From Planctomycetes bacterium TMED75 (lineage in GTDB: Bacteria > Planctomycetota > Phycisphaerae > Phycisphaerales > SM1A02), in the NCBI GenBank assembly GCA_002171655.1, contig NHEC01000016.1, positions 3,656-67,655 on the forward strand: a stretch of 64,000 nt of DNA, read 5' to 3'. Below the pieces are notes generated by a model. It had not been told where the DNA came from, did no database searches, and saw only the letters and a list, made by a program, of their open reading frames with translations. The stretch's first letter is position 1. Each line of letters opens with the position of its first letter. The position numbers and the translations under genes are program-made. This document shows, one piece after another, positions 57,816-64,000 of the stretch.

Positions 57816-59261
57816 GTGCCACACGGAATGGATCTGATGTACCCCAAGAAGAGCGAGCGAGGACCGGTCGGTACCCCCCAACCCGTGGCAAACACCGGCG
57901 TTGGTGGAGGTGGTGGTGGATCCACGACCGGCAGCGGTGGACCACAGGGCGGTGGACCTGATGGAGGAGCCGGCGGCGGCAACAGCGGTGACGGCGGATT
58001 CCGCGGACGCAAGGTGACGACGTGCTCCTTCTGCGGCAAGACTTCACGCGAGGTCGGGCCCATGGTCGAGGGTCCCAACGATGTCTACATCTGCAGCAAC
58101 TGCACCGATCTCTGCCAGAATATCTTCCGACAGGAACGCCGACGAGTCTCGTCAGCTTCCCCTCTGTTCCAGAAGATTCCCGCGCCACGCGAAATCAAGG
58201 AATTCCTCGACGAATACGTGATTGGACAGGACCAAGCGAAACGGGCACTGGCCGTCGCCGTCCACAATCACTACAAGCGCCTGGTCGAAGCCGAGAAGGA
58301 AGACATCGAGGTCGAACTCGACAAGAGCAACGTGCTGTTGATCGGTGGTACGGGAACCGGCAAGACGCTTCTGGCCAAGACTCTGGCTCGCGTGCTCAAC
58401 GTACCGTTTGCCATCGGAGACGCCACGACCCTGACGGAAGCGGGCTACGTCGGCGAAGACGTGGAGAATCTGCTGTTGAAACTGCTCCAGGGCGCGGACT
58501 ATGACCTTGAAAATGCCCAACGTGGCATCATCTACATCGATGAGATCGACAAGATCGGCAAGACCTCCCAGAACGTTTCGATCACCCGCGACGTCTCTGG
58601 AGAAGGGGTCCAGCAATCACTGCTCAAGATGCTCGAGGGCACCGTCGCCAACGTCCCCCCCCAGGGCGGACGAAAGCACCCCGAACAGCAGTACATTCAG
58701 ATGGACACCTCACACATCCTCTTCATCTGTGGTGGCTCGTTCGTCGGAATCGACGAGATCATTCGTCGGCGCCTCGGCCAGAGCCGGATCGGTTTCAATG
58801 ACCTCGAAGCAGCGAGCGATGACACGATTGATGAAACCCGCGAACTGCTCGCCCAGATCACCCCGGATGACGTGCTTGAATTCGGACTGATCCCCGAACT
58901 CGTGGGTCGACTCCCCATCGTCTGCCCCCTGATGCCTCTGGACGTGCCCGCCATGATCAGGATTCTCACCGAGCCCAAGAACGCTCTGGTCCGTCAGTTT
59001 CAACACCTCTTCAGAATCGAAGGCGCTGACCTGGAATTCACAAGTGACGCCCTCGAGGAAATCTCCAATCGAGCTCTGAGGCGTGAAACCGGGGCTCGTG
59101 CACTGCGAGCAGTCCTCGATGAGCTGATGATCGACAAGCTCTACGACCTGCCAGAGAACGATCACAACGGGCTGACTTTCATCATCGATGGCAGTTCGGT
59201 GCGCAACAACACCGGCCTGACCGATCTTGAAGTCAGAAATAACAAGAAGGAAAGCGCCTGA
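57816..59261 (+). CDS. clpX: ATP-dependent Clp protease ATP-binding subunit ClpX (Gly-rich N-terminal extension)
   Basis: Zinc-binding CSFCGK...YICSNC, Walker [12 protein letters not shown], and the rest is canonical. About 70 codons upstream of the zinc finger are Gly-rich. The true start could instead be the GTG near 58012. Confidence 0.9.
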   Translation: MPHGMDLMYPKKSERGPVGTPQPVANTGVGGGGGGSTTGSGGPQGGGPDGGAGGGNSGDGGFRGRKVTTCSFCGKTSREVGPMVEGPNDVYICSNCTDLCQNIFRQERRRVSSASPLFQKIPAPREIKEFLDEYVIGQDQAKRALAVAVHNHYKRLVEAEKEDIEVELDKSNVLLIGGTGTGKTLLAKTLARVLNVPFAIGDATTLTEAGYVGEDVENLLLKLLQGADYDLENAQRGIIYIDEIDKIGKTSQNVSITRDVSGEGVQQSLLKMLEGTVANVPPQGGRKHPEQQYIQMDTSHILFICGGSFVGIDEIIRRRLGQSRIGFNDLEAASDDTIDETRELLAQITPDDVLEFGLIPELVGRLPIVCPLMPLDVPAMIRILTEPKNALVRQFQHLFRIEGADLEFTSDALEEISNRALRRETGARALRAVLDELMIDKLYDLPENDHNGLTFIIDGSSVRNNTGLTDLEVRNNKKESA

Positions 59262-59403
59262 TTCGTCCGAAAGGTGCCCTTGGAACCTGATTCCAGCCCT
59301 TCGCACGAGATCCCCCCCTCCTGAGCCTGAGCGCTTGCTCAGCGGCGCAGGGCGGTGTATCCTTTCCGGTTCGACTTGTCTTCCTAGATTCAGGAGCTTC
59401 ACG

Positions 59404-59676
59404 ATGCCACGTGTCTGCCAATTCACCGGCAAGAGTACCCGTACCGGGAACAAATATCGCCTGAGAGGTCGCCCCAAGTACCTCGGTGGTGTTGGTACGA
59501 AAATCACCTCCTGCACCAAGCGCAAGTTCAAGCCGAACATCCAGACGGTCAATGCCTTGATCGAAGGTCGCTCGCAGAAGGTCAAGGCCTCTGCCAAGGC
59601 GATCCGACTCGGTTTCGTTGTGAAGCCTTCCAAGCGCAAGTACACCTGGACCCGCAAACAGAACGCGGAAGCCTGA
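59404..59676 (+). CDS. rpmB: 50S ribosomal protein L28
   Basis: MPRVCQFTGKSTRTGNKYRLRG... Confidence 0.9.
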   Translation: MPRVCQFTGKSTRTGNKYRLRGRPKYLGGVGTKITSCTKRKFKPNIQTVNALIEGRSQKVKASAKAIRLGFVVKPSKRKYTWTRKQNAEA

Positions 59677-59705
59677 CCGAGACCGGTCCCGATAATGCCA
59701 AGAAT

Positions 59706-59740
59706 GCGGCCTGCACCCCCCGGCCGTCCTTATTTTGGTT
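59706..59740 (+). terminator. Possible intrinsic terminator after rpmB
   Basis: A short GC stem cggcc/ggccg, followed by the T-rich tccttattttggttatttctc. Weak stem. Confidence 0.35.
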
Positions 59741-60058
59741 ATTTCTCAAAGAAAAAGCTATGAAATCTCCGCCTGAGTTGACGCAGCCGGCGGGTGGGCT
59801 ACAGTTCAATGTTCTGACTGGAAAATCAGCTTCCGAGAGGGCGCGACCACTGCGGCACGCCCCGGAGCAAACACCTCTTCCAGTCTGAGGACCAGTACAT
59901 CTCATATGGAAGGTCCGTTCCAAAAGAATGTCTGATCGGGATGACGCGGTCTGATTCCGCCCATGCCTGGCACCATCCACTGAACGGATCGTTTGCGCAA
60001 CGGGCTGTCCCCGTATCTGTCCTCGAATGTCGACTTGCCGTATCCAGCTGGAACCCAG

Positions 60059-62059
60059 ATGCCGTCCACCAGAATCGACAACCATGATCGCGAGCGAGTC
60101 ATCGAGTCAACCGATCTCGTCGAGCTCATTGGTGAGCATCTCGAGGTACGACAGAAGGGTCGTGAGCACATCTGCGTGTGCCCCTTCCACGATGACAGCA
60201 GTCCCTCACTGACCATCGTCACCCACCGGGACCGGCCTTTCTACCACTGCTTTGCGTGTCAGGCCCACGGCGATGCCATCAGCTTCATGATGGAATTCCA
60301 CAAGATGTCGTTTCCCGAGGCGCTGCGGGCCCTCGCAGAACGTGCCGGCATCGAACTCAAGGAATCACCCGAATCACGAGAACACCACTCTCGCAGAAGT
60401 GACCTGCTTCGGGCGACGGACGCCGCCAGTAAGTGGTTTCGACGCCACCTGTTGGATGAGCAGTCCGGATCGATTGGCCGCACCCTGCTCAAAGAGCGTG
60501 GTATCAGCGATGAGATCGCCGAGACCTTCATGATCGGCCTGGCTCCCGATGACTGGGAGGGGCTGGGTTCCAAGGTTCGAGAGCTTGAGCGGCACGCCAA
60601 GGGATCAGAGCGAACTCCGGTCCCGTTCGATGCCTTCATCGAGGCAGCCCTGCTCAAGCCTCGCCGTGAGGGCAAGGGCTACTACGACGTCTTTCGCAAT
60701 CGACTCATCTTCCCGATCTGCGACGAAATGGGACGCCCCATCGCCTTCGGAGCACGTCGCTTGAGTCCGGAGGACGAACCCAAGTACCTCAACAGCCCTG
60801 AAAGCAGCCTTTTCGATAAGTCACGAACGCTCTATGCGCTCAATCATGCCCGAAAATCAATTCTCGACCAGGGCCATGCAATTGTGGTTGAGGGGTACAC
60901 CGACGTCATCGCCTGCCACCAGGCTGGCTTCACCAACGTGGTCGCAACCCTGGGGACCGCCCTGACCAAGGAACACGCGAAGCGACTGCAACGGCTCTGC
61001 GGAAAAGTCACCCTGCTCTTTGATGGCGATACCGCAGGAATGCGCGCCGCCGACCGGGCGGCTGAGGTCTTCTTCGATTCGGAGATCGATGTTCGGATCT
61101 GCTCGATTCCTGGAGGATCGGATCCAGACGACCTGCTGCGCACCGAAGACGGACGATCCAAGTTCAATGACCTCCTGGCCGGCAGCCGCGACATTCTCGA
61201 ACACCTCACCGTCAACTTCCGCTCCGATTTCAGATCTGCAGATGGAATATCCGCACGACAACAGGCCATTCGAAAGCTTCTGGACCGACTTGCAAGCCTT
61301 GGATTCAACCAGGCGAGTGGACTGCGCAGACACCTCGTGCTCGATGCCATCAGCTCGATCACCGGGATGCCTGAATCGGAACTTTCGGTCGAGCTCAATC
61401 AGAGGCGCCGACGTGGCACCCCCACCTCGAATGTGATCCCCGACTCGGTGGCTGACCGTTCTGATTCGAACTCCCAACCTCAAGAATCCTACTCCGAACC
61501 GGAAGATGCACCAGCCTCTCCGCGGCGAAACGAGGCCGAACGCCGAGTGCTGGCACTCTTCATCACCTGTCCGGAACTGGCCGCAGAACCGGTTGATGCC
61601 GGAGAAGGGATGATGCTGCCCGCTTCGGAACTCTTTCCCTGCGAGCAGTTCATCGTGCCAGCCCATCGGCGACTGGCCCAGGTCATCGTCCCGGCGATCG
61701 AATCCGGAGCGCGCCCCAGCGTGGATCAGCTCCTGCTCGCGGTCGAGGACCGCGAAACCGCGAGCCTTGTTGCAGAACTCTTCCGTTTCGGCACGCAGAT
61801 GATCGAGAATTCTGAATCGACCGAACGCGAGCTGCTCGAACAGATCTGCGATGACCTCGCCAATACCGCTCGCATGGAGCGATTCGCGGTGGAACGGCAC
61901 TCGGCGGGCCTCGATCGCCGCCCCATGAACCTTTCAGACGAACTCGAACGGCTCCGCCAGCGAGGCTCCGATCGGAGCATCCTTCCCAAGGTGGATCGTC
62001 CCAAGAAACCCATGAGTCCCCCACAATTCAAGAAGACAGACCGTCGAACACGACGCTGA
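60059..62059 (+). CDS. dnaG: DNA primase
   Basis: Zinc finger [13 protein letters not shown]...[17 protein letters not shown] region [10 protein letters not shown]...LLFDGDTAG. The start was set at MPSTRIDN; the track ORF begins at 59993. Confidence 0.9.
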   Translation: MPSTRIDNHDRERVIESTDLVELIGEHLEVRQKGREHICVCPFHDDSSPSLTIVTHRDRPFYHCFACQAHGDAISFMMEFHKMSFPEALRALAERAGIELKESPESREHHSRRSDLLRATDAASKWFRRHLLDEQSGSIGRTLLKERGISDEIAETFMIGLAPDDWEGLGSKVRELERHAKGSERTPVPFDAFIEAALLKPRREGKGYYDVFRNRLIFPICDEMGRPIAFGARRLSPEDEPKYLNSPESSLFDKSRTLYALNHARKSILDQGHAIVVEGYTDVIACHQAGFTNVVATLGTALTKEHAKRLQRLCGKVTLLFDGDTAGMRAADRAAEVFFDSEIDVRICSIPGGSDPDDLLRTEDGRSKFNDLLAGSRDILEHLTVNFRSDFRSADGISARQQAIRKLLDRLASLGFNQASGLRRHLVLDAISSITGMPESELSVELNQRRRRGTPTSNVIPDSVADRSDSNSQPQESYSEPEDAPASPRRNEAERRVLALFITCPELAAEPVDAGEGMMLPASELFPCEQFIVPAHRRLAQVIVPAIESGARPSVDQLLLAVEDRETASLVAELFRFGTQMIENSESTERELLEQICDDLANTARMERFAVERHSAGLDRRPMNLSDELERLRQRGSDRSILPKVDRPKKPMSPPQFKKTDRRTRR

Positions 62060-62087
62060 AGCCCCCTTATTTTCGGAGATCATCAAA

Positions 62088-63977
62088 GTGACTGCAAGCA
62101 TCGATTCCCTTTCCGGCTCACTCCGTGGGCTGCTCGAGCACGGAAGCAAACGTGGCTGGATCTGCTACGAAGAAATCAATACCGTTCTTCCGGACTGCTT
62201 TGTGGATCCCGATCGGATCGATGAGCTGCTGGTACTGCTGAAGTCCAACCAGATTCGAGTGGTTGATCAGATCGAGGTTGATCGGCACAACTGGAAAAGC
62301 TTCGATGCACCACTCGAAACCGACCTCAAGTTCCAGCGTGACGATCCCAAGCGTCCCGCCCGAACTCCTCGAATGCAGATGCTCGAGGAAGAGGAATCCA
62401 CTCCTGATGACCAGGAAAACAACAACAATCGCAGCAACAATCGGAACAACAACACCGGTGATTCGATAGAAAGCCGGAATCAGGAAGATGGGGGCTCGAG
62501 CTCTAATCAGACTGCGGACGGTGAAGAGGAGATCATCGATGCCGCTGATGCACAAGCCGCAGTGGAACAAGCGATCAATGAACAGGGCTCCAAGCGGATC
62601 GACGATCCCATTCGAATGTACCTGACCCAGATGGGAACGATTCCGCTGCTGACCCGAGAGGAGGAGATCCGGCTTGCCAAGAAGATCGAGACCACTCGCA
62701 TGATCTTTCGACGCATGGTGCTGGAATCAGACTACGCAGCACAGCAGGCGGTCAATACCTTGGACCAGGTCCACCGAGGCGAGCTTCCCTTTGACCGAAC
62801 CATGCGGATTTCCACCGCGGAGGAGAATGCAAAGGAAAAGGTTGCCGCACGCATCCCCTACAACACCCAGACGGTCAAGCGACTCCTTGAGCTCAACTGT
62901 GAGTCCTGGGAAGAACTCGCCGTCGCACCGAACGATAAAAAACGAGAGTCGATCATCGAGGACATGGACGGCCGACGCCGGAAGATTGCCACCCTCCTGG
63001 AGGAATGCTGCATTCGAACCGGCCGGATCCAGCCACTGCTTCGAAAGCTTCAGGCGATCAACCGAAAGATGCACGATCTCAAGCGACGCCTGGAGAAGGC
63101 CGAGAAGCATCCTGACCGCTACGATCCAGAAGACACCTTCGTGATGGGCGAGGAATTCGCTGGCCTGCGCTCACTGATGGTCGAGGAACTCCCGGCGATG
63201 ACGAACCGCATTCGCGGCATCGAGCGGGTCTTCAACGAATACGAACAAGCGAAGCGGGATCTTTCCGGCGGCAACCTGCGACTGGTGGTTTCCATCGCCA
63301 AGAAGTACCGGAATCGCGGACTCCCCTTCCTCGACATCATCCAGGAAGGCAACACCGGACTGATGCGTGCCGTCGACAAATACGAGTACAAGCGAGGCTA
63401 CAAGTTCTCGACCTACGCCACCTGGTGGATTCGGCAGGCGATCACCCGTGCCATCGCGGACCACGCGAGGACCATCCGGGTTCCCGTCCACATGATCGAG
63501 ACCATGTCGAAGCTTCGAAACATCCAGAAGAACCTGCTTCAGGAACTGGGACGCGAACCCACCGTGGAAGAGATCGCCCTCAAAGCAAAGATGCCCATCG
63601 AGGAGACTCGAAGAGTCATGAAGATCTCCCGGCATCCGATCTCACTCGACCGCCCCGTGGGCGAGAGCGAAGATTCCCAGTTCGGCGACTTCATCGAGGA
63701 TGAGCGCCAGGAATCTCCCTCGGACAGCGCCACCAGTGACATGCTCCGCCAGCGCATCAATGACGTGCTCAAGACGCTGACGTACCGTGAACGTGAGATT
63801 CTCAAGCTTCGCTACGGGATCGGTGATGGCTACACCTATACCCTCGAAGAAGTCGGCCGGATCTTCAAGGTCACGCGCGAACGCGTGCGCCAGGTGGAAT
63901 CCAAGGCCATTCGCAAACTGCAGCACCCCGTCCGACGACAGCGCCTGTCGAGCTTCGTCGGTGGTGCCGAGGACTGA
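62088..63977 (+). CDS. rpoD: RNA polymerase primary sigma factor (sigma-70)
   Basis: [21 protein letters not shown], the region 2 motif [41 protein letters not shown], and the region 4 motif [27 protein letters not shown]. Confidence 0.93.
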   Translation: MTASIDSLSGSLRGLLEHGSKRGWICYEEINTVLPDCFVDPDRIDELLVLLKSNQIRVVDQIEVDRHNWKSFDAPLETDLKFQRDDPKRPARTPRMQMLEEEESTPDDQENNNNRSNNRNNNTGDSIESRNQEDGGSSSNQTADGEEEIIDAADAQAAVEQAINEQGSKRIDDPIRMYLTQMGTIPLLTREEEIRLAKKIETTRMIFRRMVLESDYAAQQAVNTLDQVHRGELPFDRTMRISTAEENAKEKVAARIPYNTQTVKRLLELNCESWEELAVAPNDKKRESIIEDMDGRRRKIATLLEECCIRTGRIQPLLRKLQAINRKMHDLKRRLEKAEKHPDRYDPEDTFVMGEEFAGLRSLMVEELPAMTNRIRGIERVFNEYEQAKRDLSGGNLRLVVSIAKKYRNRGLPFLDIIQEGNTGLMRAVDKYEYKRGYKFSTYATWWIRQAITRAIADHARTIRVPVHMIETMSKLRNIQKNLLQELGREPTVEEIALKAKMPIEETRRVMKISRHPISLDRPVGESEDSQFGDFIEDERQESPSDSATSDMLRQRINDVLKTLTYREREILKLRYGIGDGYTYTLEEVGRIFKVTRERVRQVESKAIRKLQHPVRRQRLSSFVGGAED

Positions 63978-64000
63978 TCGTCCGTTCCGACGCGAGTTGA

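Noticed and set aside
55775-58188. Long minus-strand ORFs of 309 aa (55775-56704) and 433 aa (56887-58188).
   Set aside because: They are antisense to tig, the small membrane gene and clpX. Composition is implausible (R/S/W/C-rich) and I saw no motifs.
58710-61900. Minus-strand ORFs of 315 aa (58710-59657) and 347 aa (60857-61900).
   Set aside because: They are antisense to clpX, rpmB and dnaG, all of which have canonical signatures. These are shadow ORFs.

Overview
GC-rich bacterial chromosomal segment, densely packed with about 50 protein genes on both strands (GC judged by eye, not computed). The gene content suggests a Planctomycetota/Phycisphaerae-like organism, but this is a low-confidence guess. 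It rests on DUF1573, a PEP-CTERM protein, dockerin-tailed secreted proteins, type III glutamine synthetase and a Lys-rich trigger-factor tail.

Most of the window is housekeeping. It holds rplU, RNase P RNA (rnpB, hidden inside a long spurious ORF), dtd, lysC, thiL, tsaE, waaA, a fused 5-oxoprolinase, ubiB, astB and tRNA-Val(GAC). It also holds gltX, glnN, tig, clpX, rpmB, dnaG and rpoD.

The main non-routine items are:
- A co-directional cassette of ECF sigma, a small partner protein, a TPR-CHAT (caspase-fold) protein and a secreted subtilase (18.4-24.0 kb). This is my best candidate for an uncharacterised system.
- The same double dockerin-like C-terminal tail on four unrelated secreted proteins.
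- A roughly 1-kb locus (47.6-48.65 kb) that I cannot assign to any protein or RNA family. Its only long frames, one on each strand, are each broken by a single in-frame TGA.
- A clear bacterial homologue of the vertebrate tRNA-queuosine mannosyltransferase GTDC1.
- A TsaE-YacG fusion.
- A QueC homologue with a degenerate PP-loop.
- A second trigger-factor-like gene that lacks the ribosome-docking signature.

I saw no CRISPR array, transposase, integrase or rRNA. All calls come from reading the translations and sequence by eye. RNA ends and many start codons are approximate.
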